DNA of 64,000 bases from Phoronis australis (Eukaryota; Animalia; Phoronida): assembly GCA_002633005.1 (NCBI GenBank), contig NMRA01000221.1:250290-314289 (forward strand), read 5' to 3'. How positions within the stretch are numbered: position 1 is the first letter of the stretch; each line of letters begins with the position of its first letter. A program made the position numbers and the translations under genes. Below, in pieces: positions 40,401 to 55,600 of the stretch. The notes beneath the pieces were generated by a model that was not told where the DNA came from, searched no databases, and saw nothing but the letters and a program-made list of their open reading frames with translations.

Positions 40401-43400
40401 GTGAAACGTTTTTTATGCATATTTTACGACCATGATTCTCCTCGCAACAGCATTACTGCAGGAAATGGATGAAGCCATCAATTGAAACAAAAAGAAGTGC
40501 AAATATTTCTAACACGCAATAAGTCAATTTCAGTCGACAAGACGAGTTGTAAAATCGCCACCACAGAACAGAATATCACCAACATAATATATTTCAACAA
40601 ATCAGACAAAAAGAAAACAGTTAAAGAGGTAATTGAGAAGGACACCTGCAATTCAGTCTGTTCCAAATGTTTACATTACGATAGCAAAAAACCTCCCCTC
40701 CCCATTGCAAGGAATTTGTAGGTGGTGCTGAACGCTTGTCCACCATGGACGTGATCACCGCCTGGAGGGATAGTGAATTTCAATATGGGGCAGCTATTTC
40801 GAAAGTCCGCTATTTATTAATTTGTATTGAATTAGTCACATGGGACAGCAAAAGCACTGTTGTCTTCATGTTATAATCTACATACATTATAAGGGCACCC
40901 AAACAAAACATGAAACGGATATCATTCAACAAAAACAAAATTCCAACCCATTACAGCCACACCATAACATCTGCTGTTACTTTCAATACACACCTATTCT
41001 ATGAAATGTTTAGCATACTACAGAGCTGTTTTCACTGTTTGTTTCTTCAATTCTAAGTAATGCCCCCAGGCTAAAGTGACCTGACATAAGACCCGGACAG
41101 AGGAATACAGACAACCATTCCGCAGGGTACTGCCCCACACAGGAGTCTTCATCAATGCTTCAACCAATACACTGCACATGACCACATTTTCAACTGCACA
41201 ATAAAACCATAAGGAAAAATGATGGGGAATATCAAGCAAACTGCAACCCGAACTTCAACATCCTTTTCCTATACAACTTTACGAGACAATTGGAGACAGC
41301 ACCCAACCCAGAAGAGGCAACACAGACCCACATAAACTACATGCACCCGGAACACAGTGCATAATACTCAGTCTCTCCTAAAATCCATTTCAGTGGTTAT
41401 CACAATCCACTGTCAACCATCGGGAAATGCACACTCTGACAGGACATCCTGCAATCACCAGGCACTGTTAACCAGATGAGATGGTGCATGAGAGACCAGC
41501 AGAAAAGACCTTGAGAAATAAGCCACAACAAATCCAGAGGAATTGCAATCATTGCAGCACAGTTAGCCTACCCAATGTATGCTTCAACAACGGAAAACTT
41601 GTCCAAATATGACCTGTGTTCCCTAATGACTGACTGCATCAAGACCAGGGAGTCCGTCCACCCTCTGTGCAACACAGCTTGGCACCCTCTGTTGAATGAT
41701 AGTCCAGGGGAAGCGGTGCACACTAATAGTGTTGCAATGGACAGGTCCACTATACTCAGTACTGGCAGGGGTGGCCAGGTTGTGAACACCACAAACCCAT
41801 TCACTAGCAATAAATAAAATATTGGTAAGCTGGACAGAAAGATTAACTCAACTTGATACTCACAAGAAGTATTTATGTTGAACTTTGTTGAGAGCAACGC
41901 AAAGTGGATTTTATTTAAGATCTAGTAGGCTTAACCCAAAACTGCCATATAATATTTTATAATAGGTAATAATATGGTATAAACAAAAGTTGAACAGCTG
42001 TAATATTGTGTTAGCAGCATTAGGTAAACACCACCACTCTGGCATAGTCACCCAACATTCTATTTGAAGGTAATACATAACATAATGACATTTCAATGTG
42101 AGCATGACGTCAACTTGTGTCTTCGTTCTTTCCAAGCTGTTTCCCAATCACAATTGGCCCCAAAAGTTCCTCAATAAACCGGTGCACATGCAGCAACAAA
42201 CATTTTGCTGTGTCCAAGTTCAATTCCGGGAACTAGGCAGCATTCCGCAAGAAAGCTCTTTGAGATCACAAGCGAGTATCTTGTGTTATGGAACAGGCCG
42301 GCCATCAAGTAGATTTTCTGATTTGTAATGGGTCATAAAATCTGCGCTCATAAAAATTGTAATGTTTAGGGTCAAGTACCACGAAAGCAGTCTGGCAAAT
42401 CTGAATTTATTTCTCAACCATAGCTTTCAAATGAAGGTTTACATTTTGCTATAGCAATTTCTTAATGCAATGCTGGCTAACAAGGCAATTTGTAAACAAC
42501 TTTCAAATGAACCCTAACATATCGCCAAGTAGCTAAATACATTTTCAGACCCAGCTGTCTTGCTGGACCACACATCAGGCCAAGAAAACTGTGCAACAAC
42601 AAATTCCCCATTCTAGCATTGGAGTCATTTGACATCCACAAGCATAAAAACCCTCAGGATTATTTCAAAGGGATATCTGAGAAATGAATGCGTGTTTCCA
42701 GGTTCAATTTTGTGGTTCAAGTTTCCACCAGGGTCTCTAGGAGGCCGACTTCCAACAATGAGCTAAGGAGAAATAACTTCAGAAAGAAAACCTGATATGT
42801 CGGCACAAATAGTATAGTACAAGTATTAAGGAGTTTAAGTATAAGAAGAGAATGTTTGTCCACTCAGATGCATTGTTATAGGCTACAGCCACAGAACACC
42901 ACTCTTAATGGGCCACACAGAACACAGTTCTATGGGCCACACAGAACACGGCTCTAGGGGCCTTCAATAGCTGAAATTCGTATGATAAAGATATTAAAAC
43001 AATTACTACATCATAATCCTGACACTAGAATATTTTCCCATCCCTACATTCAGGTCATAAACTAAAGTTGATTACGCTCCCTGTTCAGTGTCACCTTTTG
43101 GCCAGTTTGCGTTTTCAATCACAGACTGAACTAAATTCTAGACAATGGTCCTACTGAAAGTAAACTTTTGTCACATTTTAAAACGTTTTTACATCTGCAC
43201 ATTACAAACCATGCCAGTAATGGACTAAGATTTTCTTACTCTTTAATTTTGTGAAGAAATTTGACAAAATAGAATTTCTGGCTCCTCGGCCATGTTCTAT
43301 GCTATTAGTGAAGAATTACTGGCTCTTCAACTTTTCTGTAAAGAGGCCTTGAACAGAACATCCTAAACACTTTGGTATAGCCAACTCACCTCTTGTTCAA

Positions 43401-44110
43401 TGTTTATGCAAGCAATAACTTACATTACAGTATACACACCGACTCGGAGATAATTAGACAATGATCGATTGGAGAGTTCCATGAATCTCTCATGAATTGG
43501 CACTCACAAATTTAATGAGGAAAAAGATTCCATGGCCTGGTATTAATTCTTAACAAGGAAACAGTGATGTGAAAATGTGAGCCTTAGTTCAACACACCTT
43601 CTAAAAGACACGTAATATCAACGTAGACACATTGATGTTTTGGGGATTCAGTCCGGGACCAAAGTTAACAGCACAAATTAATTTCGCAGTATACGGGTAG
43701 AATTAACCGCGGAAACACTTCCGATACCATAGAAACCGTTAACTTAGATGTCATTCGAGTTATCGGCAGGTGCCATTCTCAATAACGGCACAAGTTGTGG
43801 AACAACAATTTTTTGAAATAGGCCTATTCACTGTTCTGCATTACTATAAGTGCTACACTTCATACCCCTTCATGGGGTTTTTGGAGCGCCACCTGGTGAT
43901 AACTTTGACCACTCACACATCAATCAGTAATACCTTCAATGATTGCTAATAACCCGAGTTGGTTTGAAAGGCTCAACTAGACATGGCGCTAGTTTTATCG
44001 GTTTCAAGTGACCGTTTAAACACACAAAAATCAGAAACGGTGGCAAAGGTGAATTTGGAAATATGGAGTGCTCCTGTGCAAAGATGCAAACTGTGGGACT
44101 CACAAATCAC

Positions 44111-44141
<31 letters not shown>

Positions 44142-44153
44142 ATTGTTGTTGTT
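44111..44153. repeat. (GTT)n microsatellite
   Basis: Read directly from the sequence. Confidence 0.95.
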
Positions 44154-45450
44154 ATTACAGTTCTTCTAATTACCCACATGTAGTAATCCACAAAGTATTC
44201 GAATACACACAGTCTTGGATGTGGTCCAGGAATATCCCAGATAAAGTTTGAATTTTATTACATGCTTTTGGTAACAGGGTGACATGGCCATCAAAACAGC
44301 ATGGTCAAACCTTTGAAGCTACAGCACACACTTCTGCATGTTCTCTCGAAAACCGGTTCAAATTTTCACCAGATTTTCAAAATTAAAATCTCTATCAGGT
44401 AAGGTTATTAGCATGTGTTGGAGCAAGGTCATTACCAGGTTAATTACAGGTAAGTAGGTCATTTAAGAATTTTCATGGAGTTTCACAAAATATAATCGAA
44501 ATCTCAACTGCCTTGTTTTTCCATTCATTTATTAAAGTCAGCAAGTATCAACTGACAAATAATGGAGAAAATTTCAAGTTATGTAGAAAATGAACAGTTA
44601 AGGACAGAGATAATTTTAGGAGCACACCCCACCTCATAGGTGCAAAAAATAATTTCATTGACACGATGTGGTTGCTTAGCTTGGTCCACAAGGCTTCTTA
44701 AAACTGGAAGTAAAAAAGGACAAAAAACTTGTAACCCATAGGTCCTCCAACTTAGCCCATGGATTTGAGGCCGAGTTGGTCAATTAGCCCATACCCATGT
44801 TTTTCTAGGATGATCCCTGAAGGAAAATAATAATAAATAGTTAGACGCTATTTTCTGTTGTTATGATCCCAACAGATTATCAATAATTAATGTCAATAGG
44901 GAAAGCGTTCATAAGTCCTACCTTGAGACTCAACTATAAACAACTGGTCTTCTACAGGTATAACGAGTATATGGCAGGTAGTTCATTATTACTGGCATGC
45001 CCTTTATCATAACTTGTTAATTACCAGCTTATCATAGAAAAAAGAGATGCACATTAATTCAAAGTGCTAATAAAACACAAATCTCTAATCTCTTTAGTTT
45101 TTTGTGTTGTACTTCTTTTATAAATAGGTAAATAAAACAACAAGAATGGATCAACTTTTATGTCATGTTGGAAAACAATGAGATACTTTCGAGTAGCAAC
45201 ATGGCGACTGGCCACTCAGTAGTAGATACCAGTGGTTTGTAGAGGACAAGATGCAGTTTAACTGACGAGAATGCGCCACATCTAATCATATGCACTGCAT
45301 AAGTCTTTTTGCAAAGTCTGTCCTTGTGCCACCTACGGTAAAGAAAAAGTAGATCTTGGTACAGATGGAGGCAAAAGTCATCAGTCCTATGTGATCAGCC
45401 CCCATTGCTTTGCGAACATCTCCCATTGGAACTAGACAAAAGGAACAAGT

Positions 45451-46215
45451 GTAAGATGTCTCTCCACGTAAGATGTCTCTACACGTAAGATGTCTCTACA
45501 CGTAAGATGTCTCTACACGTAAGATGTCTCTACACGTAAGATGTCTCTACACGTAAGATGTCTCTACACGTAAGATGTCTCTACACGTAAGATGTCTCTA
45601 CACGTAAGATGTCTCTACACGTAAGATGTCTCTACACGTAAGATGTCTCTACACGTAAGATGTCTCTACACGTAAGATGTCTCTACACGTAAGATGTCTC
45701 TACACGTAAGATGTCTCTACACGTAAGATGTCTCTACACGTAAGATGTCTCTACACGTAAGATGTCTCTACACGTAAGATGTCTCTACACGTAAGATGTC
45801 TCTACACGTAAGATGTCTCTACACGTAAGATGTCTCTACACGTAAGATGTCTCTACACGTAAGATGTCTCTACACGTAAGATGTCTCTACACGTAAGATG
45901 TCTCTACACGTAAGATGTCTCTACACGTAAGATGTCTCTACACGTAAGATGTCTCTACACGTAAGATGTCTCTACACGTAAGATGTCTCTACACGTATGA
46001 TGTCTCTACACGTAAGATGTCTCTACACGTAAGATGTCTCTACACGTAAGATGTCTCTACACGTAAGATGTCTCTACACGTAAGATGTCTCTACACGTAA
46101 GATGTCTCTACACGTAAGATGTCTCTACACGTAAGATGTCTCTACACGTAAGATGTCTCTACACGTATAATGTCTCTACACGTAAGATGTCTCTACACGT
46201 AAGATGTCTCTACAC
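45451..46215. repeat. 17-bp minisatellite, 45 near-identical copies
   Basis: Unit GTAAGATGTCTCTACAC; 765 nt = 45 x 17, with only a few variant units. Confidence 0.97.
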
Positions 46216-46793
46216 GTATAGAGCTCTGCCAACATTTTTTTCCAACCGTCAACTTTTACACGTTTACCGTGCATAATACCAGCAGTAACAACTGAAACGT
46301 CATTTCAGCTAAACCTAGTTTACGTTCGCGAAAGGTAAGCCAGTATGACGTCTTTATATGGCATTAACCCTCAACCACAAATCATATTTTGCCAAAGGTG
46401 ATTCGTGGTTACATTTGCTGGACAGTGGACACAATGAAGTCAAATATTGGACACAAGAGGGGTTGTGGACAGTACATGAAGAGTTAAGTTCACTGTTTAA
46501 GTTTACCACCTCACCCCGATGATGGCAGATACTTTCTGTTGAACATAATCTTAATGAATCTCAAACTTTCAATATCCAGACGAATACAACAGGTCATAAA
46601 ACGCACGATGGCCTTTTTGTGGAATTATTCAGAAAGGTTCCTAACGAATTCGTCAACGAGACCGCGTTCACCTTTTACAATCGCGCCTTCTTCTACAATA
46701 CATATCCACTTGGCCTCATAGATCGTCTAGACTTGAAGTCCCATTTAGTTGACTTGGAAGCCTTATACTGTTTGAAAAAGCATCCCCTTGACG

Positions 46794-46870
46794 CCATCAT
46801 GGCTTCCATCATGGCTTCCATCATGGCTTCCATCATGGCTTCCATCATGGCTTCCATCATGGCTTCCATC
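46794..46870. repeat. 12-bp tandem repeat x~6
   Basis: Unit CCATCATGGCTT. Confidence 0.92.
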
Positions 46871-47722
46871 AAGGCTGCGTTCATGGTTGCAAATGTGCAC
46901 TAAAATTTCACTAGGTAATTCACTCATTTCAAACAAAAATAATCGCAGGAATTGTCGTTTTCCATTTTCCAAAGTCTGATAAGCTTGCAGCAAATTATAA
47001 AACTTAACGAATTGTTGCTCTATTGACACCCGCACGTTACAAACTACTTACTATCTACTCCTCTTGAGAAATTTGATAAAATAAAATTCTCTAGTCCGCC
47101 ACATTGAGTGTCACCATAAATAGGTGAAACCATTTTTGATGCCATATTGTTTAATCCAGAACGAATCCTCGATTCCCCACACGGCGTCTAACTCATTGTT
47201 TTCTCTACCTCTGCCTTGGTTTTCCATAAAGATTCTACGTCATTCTTCTTGAATCCAACAAAATCTCACTAACTGTCAGTTAAGTCTATTTCACAAAACA
47301 GGAAATTCGCTCCTTAACTTTTCATTAAAAAACACTCAAAATGGACTTGACAACTTGAATTCTTAAATGAAAATAAGAAAATGGCTTTTAAATCTGTTCA
47401 CCAAAATTGTCCAGGTTACCACACAGAGCACTTGAAGAGAAGAACTAAAAAATCAAGGGCAGGGCGATAGCCCAGCGTGAAAACTTGAAAACAAAATTTT
47501 AGAAAAGTCAGGGGGCACACCTGAAGGCTTGATCATGTTGATGCCCAGACAGCGATATTGTGGTCGTACTTTACGTGCAAGTTTTAAGTAAAACATGAGT
47601 GGACTGAAGACAGTAGGACAACATCTAACCAATTTAGGACACATATGGCCGACAACTGAAATTTTTTTTCCACTTTTTCATGAAACATACGTAACACAGA
47701 ATAAATGCTACAACGTTTTTAG

Positions 47723-47857
47723 ATCTACACCATAGCTACATCTAACCATAGCTACATCTATACCATAGCTACGTGTATACCATAGCTACATCTATACCAT
47801 AGCTACGTCTATACCATAGCTACATCTATACTATAGCTACATCTATACCATAGCTAC
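47723..47857. repeat. 17-bp minisatellite x~8
   Basis: Unit TATACCATAGCTACATC. Confidence 0.9.
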
Positions 47858-49133
47858 TACCAGACAATAATTCTGAAAAACTGTGGGCATTCACATCGTG
47901 TGTTAGAAGCTTTCATAAAAAGAGAAAAAGACTAACTTTAACAAGTACTTTTGTCTGAAACTGGTCAGATTTTAGTGCAAGGGGCTTACCGTCCAGAATG
48001 GAGTGATTGTCCAAAGGAACTCAGACCAAACGTTTCAAGCAGCGGATCTTTAAATTTTCCAACACAAATATTACGTGCACGTAATGAGCTGGCCACATGC
48101 TGATCACGCCGATTTCACCGGGTTTTTCTTTGCACACGAGTGTGATGAAATGAGATATATTACGTGCCTCATATAAAAAACATGAGCAAAAAATTCATGT
48201 CTAGCCTAGACATGAAATTTGTTTTTTTAACAGTCCAGTCCTTGAGTAAAAACAGGAGAATATGGGCATCTTCCTGACTCCATAAAGCAAGACTGTTAAC
48301 AACTGATTGTCGCTCTAAAGTAAGTGAACTGCCTGCGGACTTTTTGGCAAATAAAATCCTGATGACATGGTCGTTCACAAAGACACGGGCTATTTTAAGG
48401 AAGTGTTGTTTGTATACATGAGGAGAGGTGGTAAGCTAAGCTTGGCATTAATCCACACAAATCCATCTACAACTTAACACAATCGCTTACGATTTCAGAT
48501 AATCAACGAGATTCCTTGTTGCTACGAGCATGGAAAGTCAGCTAATATCCTGAATAAGGAAGGTGCTAATATGACCTGTCCATTTTATCCCTTCTGAATG
48601 CTAAGGGTTTGATTAAAGGTGCCAGTATCTTGAGTATGAAATCTCGACTTGAAATATGAGTTTGCTCAGTTTGGTGAAAGTCAGATGCCTTTAACCATGC
48701 TAAACCATTTTTCCAAAGACTTAAGGCTAACTTTTATACACTTGAATTGATAACAGTACTGTTTAAGTATAGTATCAGTACTGAAATATCAGTATCACCT
48801 GGAATCAATGATTCTTACAATCTTAAATAAGGGCATCACAGTGACTGAAGTGGGTCACCTGAGATATCACATAAGGTACCGTACTCAACTCAGTTTTAGA
48901 CAAAAGTGCGCAGATGAAGACGACATGTGATGTATGCTTTTAGCATCCTTTCCACAAGTAATTCACGACACCGTGTAACCTTCCAAACCAAATTACTTCT
49001 CACACCCATGTTACCAACAAAATGTAAACCTGAACATTTTGATTTGGGTACAGCTCTCTGGTCTTAATGCATCATCAGAACGTATCTGAGAGATATAGGT
49101 TTTCGGTTCAAAGTGAACCCATAACATACTCTA

Positions 49134-49388
49134 CAGGGCTTGGAATGATCAATGACAAAAAAGAGGAAAAATTTCTAGGTGACGTATCTTTCCATATTAA
49201 AGAAATAGGCTTGAGTGAATAGAGATACTTTTTGTGCTCTATAACGCAAGTCAAATAAAAATTTTTGCAAGAATAGTCAAAATAATGATAAAAAGTAGAT
49301 GATAACAGAGGAGACTGGATATCAAATAAGAGGAAATCGAAATCAAAAAAGAGGAAATCCTTTTAAAAGGGGAAAATTCTAATCCCTG
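49134..49388. mobile_element. Second member of the CAGGG-TIR family, 6-bp TSD ACTCTA
   Basis: CAGGGCTTGGAATGA..AATTCTAATCCCTG; ACTCTA at 49128-49133 and 49389-49394. Confidence 0.78.
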
Positions 49389-49552
49389 ACTCTAGGTACC
49401 GTGACACCTATAGTAAGTTTTAGTAACAATACACCCAAAGACTTGATTCAAAAACAACTAAGGGGGAGCCTTGACAAGTTACAAGAACCAATGTATACGA
49501 GGTGTCTGTTGACATTACATTACCACAAACATCACAGCATCACCTCAGTTAC

Positions 49553-49637
49553 CTGTGTCCTCCTCTAGAATCGTCGTCACAGGTGTACTGAGTTGGACAC
49601 GGTGATGTCGACGGGTCGCTGCGTTATAACCCGGCAT
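49553..49637 (-). CDS. AHCYL1: Candidate AHCYL alternative first coding exon MPGYNAATRRHHRVQLSTPVTTILEEDT
   Basis: CpG-rich, 28 codons + 1 nt, CAG|GTAACT donor in phase 1. Inr-like TCAGTC near 49825 on -. Confidence 0.55.
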
Positions 49638-52600
49638 CTCGACATTAGAAGACTTCCACACCAGTCTCGGAGAACACAACTCCCACTTGGTGAAAAACAA
49701 CACAGTCTATTCAAAACAGGTACTGATAGTCCTATCTGTGGTGATATCACTGGGTTTTTATCAGGGACATGGCCTGACCCTTATGACCCACTTATTTAGA
49801 ACACAACAAAACTTGTCCACTGACTGAACATTTATGAACAGGCTACTGAGTGAAGCAGGGTTCTTTTTCACCTCCCAAAAAATTTGGCAAAATTACGACA
49901 CAAAAAATTAGGCAGAATTACCTCACATCCTGTGGCTGACATCTTCCTTAGTGTTCACCTGTATGCATGTGGACAGGTAAGCTATTGACACTCGTGCCAG
50001 CAGAGATCAGACCAAAGTTTTGTAAATGATATGTCAAAGAGATATTTGAAGCATATGAGACGTAGGCACAACTTAGCAATTGGTGGAACAGCGCAACGTG
50101 AAGATCTCACAGAGAGTACGAAGTTCACATGAGGGGACCAACTAGATGACAGCCGCCGTTATTGGGATATAAAACCGATGAAACAGAATATGGTTACCGG
50201 TATTTAAAATTGCACAATCTACAGAAAAAGATTCACACTGTTTGCCTCATGTGGATATCCAAACTAGGCTTTGTCAAAGCACAAACACAAATCGTTTCTC
50301 ATTGTCAGACAGGAAATGTGAAGAAACCACAGGAGTGGTGGGAAAAAATGTTAGATTTCAACCAGACCTACAAAAATACGCTTCCACAGCCATGAAATTA
50401 GTCAACACCTTGAAAAAAACATCATGGTACATACTAAAGACAAAGGTGAACTTGCAAACGTCAAAGACAAGTTGGTTACAAAACTCCACATGCCTCCTGT
50501 GACAGGTGAAACAGGTAGACATTTTATTATCCGCAAGAACTGACATTAGATTTTGAAGCAGTAGCGAACAGTAGACATCTTAGGAAAGCTGAAAGGCTTT
50601 GTGTCAGAATTGTAATAAGTCAGCTGTCACAGACCATGGCAACAAGAATATTCAGTCTTGTGGTTGATTCATCAAACATAGCCAAGCTTGACAGGGAAGC
50701 AATGAGAAAACGGTAAAGTCTATCTTGATGAAGCAGTTACCTGCTTATGATGTAACGACAAGAGATGAACATGATCTTCATCTTAGATCAGAATTCATCT
50801 CATCGTTTGCCACGCGGCACAGTGGGAAAACTCAACATTCACTGAAAAAGATGTCAGCCACAGGACATCGGAACAATCCCAGGTGATTTTGCCTATGATA
50901 AGAATTCTTCAGTGTGGGACACAATACAGCTGACCAGTGAAATCCCATTTTGTCAAATGTCTTAATAAAATTATGTTTTCCGGAAAAAATGCTTGGCTTT
51001 TATCGTGGTTTGTATGGCGTTTCTATTACCATACATTATGTAAAATTGTGAGCATTTGCAACAATATGGAAAGTCTCTGAAAAATAGAAATATGGAAATT
51101 AAGCAATTATTTGTGTCCCAAACTGAAGGATTTTTACCGTAATTTCTAGTGAAGGTTAAAAAGAAGTATGTTCCTCTGAGCAACCTTACCTCACTAATGA
51201 AGTTGTTTACCGGGAGATGAAGACAAACATGTAATTTTCTGTGTCATGTTGTGGCTGGTTGAGTGGAAACCCTCCCACCAATGTTGTCAACAACAGGGCT
51301 ATTGTTAGTGGTGAACTACAGTCCTGAACATCTGTGATTGGGTTTCATTCCCAAGTTAACTCCCTACTACCAAAGTTTTGAAGTTAACTGTGGTTCATAG
51401 AGAAGTTGAGCATCAGTGTTCCCATCACCTTTGGAATTATGGTTCAATTAAGTTATCACAAGGCGGCGCTACAATAGGACCTGACTGTTTTTGACAGTGC
51501 TTGCCATCAAAAATGGCAAGGACCTCTCCGCTCTCCCTAGATGGAAACTAGAATGTCAACTTCACAAAGCAGCCAACGGGTACCACATCGGGACTATCAC
51601 AATGTACTAGAAAATGATATTAAAAAATTGACTCTTGGGCAGGCTAACAGCTGATCCAAACAAAGGCGGTATGGCGAGGAGGGAACTCGTTTATATACAC
51701 CACACGAAATGCTTATACCGACAAAATAATAATTATTAAAACAAAATATAAACAAATAGTAATAATCAGTCACTGCCCGCTGTTGGCAAACGCAGGCAGT
51801 GATCCCTGTCAATAACTCCAATGGCATCAACGTTAAGTGTTCCCAGTACAGTAGCTAAGAGAAGCTTTGGCAACATCGAAGCTTCGGAGCCAGAGAGAAA
51901 GGCCTTCTAGGGACAAGTGATATCATAGACCAAGAACTTATGAAGAAAAAACGGTGATTAAGTACTGCACAAATTTGAATGATTCAAGCCTTATGACAAC
52001 CCACTGAACCAGACACAGACTACAAAGAAACAACATGAAGTGACCTGTGCCTGTGTTATTCTACAAAACTCTAAACCCCGTGACTTTTCTCTGACTGGCC
52101 TTTGTAAACCAAAAAGGAATACAGCTTAAAAGCACACAATGCACACAACACTGGAAGAAACAAATCCATATGCCACCTGTTGTCAGTTTATTGAACCACG
52201 GGCCCCATATTCCTGTGTAACTAGCAATATTGCTATTGCTGGGGGTGGCACCACTTTAAAGCACACTTATCACTCGTGCACGTGATTATTTGACCAATGA
52301 ATAGTTGACACTGTGAATGCAAAGTGAGAGGATCAGCGAGAAAAGTGGTCTTCTGACTTCAGTCCCAACATGGCATCAAGCCGACAACTTCAGCAGTCCC
52401 AGTCTAACAGTTTTTTCACCAGCCTGATTGTGCCCCTTACTATAGTAACACAGGTTTCTGTAGTGGATGAGTGTCTATTAACTCAGCTAGACAGGATGCA
52501 GGTCCATAATAGATTATTTCCCATCAAGTCGTCCAGTACTCAGCTTGTGATCACACTCATGACCCTTTGGCCAAGATGGGGTGCACCATAATTGCAATTA

Positions 52601-55600
52601 TCCCAGGCCAAAAAATACGCAACCATATTCAAACTTAGTCTTAAATTATTCAACCTTGCGCAATATTATTTAAGCTTGGCTAATAAATGCCTATGTGCCA
52701 AATTTCCCAAAATTCATTTGAGGACCTTTGGGGAAACACTGGTAGTCAAGATCCGTTGGAAATTCGTCATCATCTGTCGTCAGCTTCATAGGAACCCATC
52801 TGCCAAATTCCATCAAGATCTCGTAAGGGCTTCAATAGAAACAGCTGCGGATGCCGGATGCCGAGATATAGATGACGGCAATATGCTACCACATATAAAT
52901 ATGTGGTAGCATAAATAGGCTACTGTGTCAAAAAAATGTAATATTTGTTCATTAGTCTGATTAATCTCACTCATCAAAGTCTTTTCAAGCAAAGTGAGGA
53001 CATTCAAGCTGGGAGAAAAATATCAAATAACGGGCGCACTATGATCTGGGAATCAAAGCATTGTAGGTTTTGTCTTCGTGAGCTGCATTGGCCATTTTGA
53101 AAAAAAACTTGCCTGTCATGACCTTAATCAAACTTGGGATATATACGGATCCAGAATATTAGCCTGGCATCCTTACCGCTACATAACGTAGAATTGTCGT
53201 GAGGACTTGACAGGGACCTCAGGGGTCTCACACTCCACTGATTAATCCACATCGTTTTGAAAACGCTTTGCGCAGTCACACATTGTGTGTCATAAAAGAG
53301 ATAAGCATACCAGCAGCTGACGCAGCAAGTAGAACTACTCTCGTTTATAACATTGGTGTAGACTCACAGTTGAACTGTGGTTTTCTGTTGACCCCAGACC
53401 GTCCGGAATTGCACCATATACCAACTCCGGACGGTCTCTCACGACGATTTAGCGTTATGAAGCTATCCAGACCATGTTTAGAACAGGCGACACATTTCAG
53501 TTACGTAAGACACTGAAAAATGGCCAAGTTTGTCTAACTACAGAACACCGTATCTCAAAAATGGTTAATCCGATTCAATTGTGAAACTGTCAGATATTAT
53601 GTTTTAAGACAGTTCTTCAAAATGTTGTAACGAATGGTTTTTAAAACGATGCACTTGTGTTTTAGGGATTAACAAAAATAGGGCATTTGTGATTTTCATG
53701 AAAAAATCCAAACTTGTACAAAACAAAAATGAAAGGTTACTTTAGAAAACTACTAGCATTTTTGAGATTTCAACTTGAACATTTTATCAAATGAAATCTG
53801 GATAGGTTACTCGGATACCACTGTGTCGCTATCAATAAAGGCTCCGTTATTTTTTTGCTAAACTTTTCGTAACACATGATCATGTGACCAAAATCATGGC
53901 ATACTGGTAAAAAGTCGAAAATCGAACTCTACAGGTCCTCTACTTTCAGATAATATGTATTTTTACCGAGATAAAATCTATAGTTTTTATATACATGTTT
54001 GTGGATAAGGTCCTTCATAGCCAAGGTGACAAGGTTGCAGTACATACACTGCGAATGGTATATAGTAATGGTCTGATATAACATGCCCAAATTTTGAGAA
54101 CCAGTTTTGGCCACTAAATAACGGGCATCAAACTAGTTCTCAAAATGCAGGCATGTTATATCACTTATATCAGACTATTGCCATGGTAGACAGGTAGATG
54201 TGGAGGACTGTGGGAGGTGAGGAGTGATTTATGTAGCTGGACCAAGTTTGTTCAAATTTAGCTAAGAACATTAGAGACAATTTTAATTAAATTAATGTAA
54301 GAAGGCCATTAAAAAGACATTATGGGCCACAGTGTTGGTTATTTGAGATCAGCCCCAGGCAAACCATGACAACAGCGGCTGCATGTTCAACACTTTGCAA
54401 CAAGCAGTGCAGAATCAATGCAGCCAAGTGTTTCAAGGGTATTAAACTAACAATGTCACCAACGTTATTGGGATATATTGGACGGCAATGCCAACCGTTT
54501 TCAATTTCTAATAAAATAACACAAAAACAACACATTTTGCCGTTACTAGCTCTAGTCAAAGCCAATAACTTCACAAGTCAATCTTGCTTAACAAGAATCA
54601 CAAAAATGCATTTTTCACCCCCAGAACCTGACTGTGCACCTTTGAAGATAACATACCATCTGTGAAACACTCATTTGTGTTAGGGTGCCTTTAATGTTTA
54701 CCTTACAGTACTGAAACTGGCATTTTCACTTAACGACAAAACCATATTGTATAAGACTGATAAACATCCTGTTATTCTTATGAAAAATCTAAAACTCAAA
54801 TGCATCTGACAGGCTTCCACAATCAAGAACTTTATCTATCGAAGCTATACATTAACAAGAGTTAATTAATTGGACAGTCTGGCTGACCTACAGCTTCCTT
54901 AGCTGTCCAGCATGGGACACATGGTGTTATATGAGGTTCCCTTGAAAGGGAGCCATGGGGAAAGCCCTCCTCAGTTGAAACTCATGTCAGTTTTGTGTTT
55001 GGCCACCTGTTCATTGCAAATTTCCTCCAAGCTGTCATTCANTGTAGAGAATGGGGTAGGCACAATTGACTTGACTTTTTAATGCTTGCTACTGCCTGGA
55101 GGTTTTTTGGTCTGCAATGCATGGCGGCCTCTCACTCCCTAACTGGAAGAAAAGGCTTAGATTAATATTATTCAATCCTACAGAGCAATTAATTTACTTT
55201 CTCCTTTGACAGAAATATAATTTAAAATGTCTGTAATATAATGCATAATGCAGCAATCGATTTGATACCTCTGATTGTGTTTGGCGACCTAGGAAAACCT
55301 CAGGTCCACACACAAAGTCGCCACTACGAGTATCAAAGCCGGACATTAATTCCACCAAAATTCGTTTCAAAATTTGTGTTGCTAGATTTATTAACTTTAA
55401 TTCGCTGCCAATGCATTTGCCACCACAGTAATGGGCACACATCAAACATGCTTTAACTACAACAGCAAGTAAACAGATGGAAGTCAGAATTGTTTGGCAA
55501 AAATTGGGCAAGAGCTCTGAAATATGAATCATCAGCGTATGCGACCATGTACGTTCTACGTCCATTTGATAATGGAAAGAATTTAATTATAGAAGAAAAA

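Noticed and set aside
41018-41897. Short ORFs and splice-like signals in the large AHCYL intron
   Set aside because: Phases are not compatible with the 26013 acceptor and there is no recognisable similarity.
45451-46215. Regular array resembling CRISPR
   Set aside because: Head-to-tail 17-bp units with no spacers, in a eukaryotic intron; it is a minisatellite.
46619-46979. ORFs with IMAS/MMEA/PSWL repeats
   Set aside because: By-products of a stop-free 12-bp tandem repeat read in several frames.
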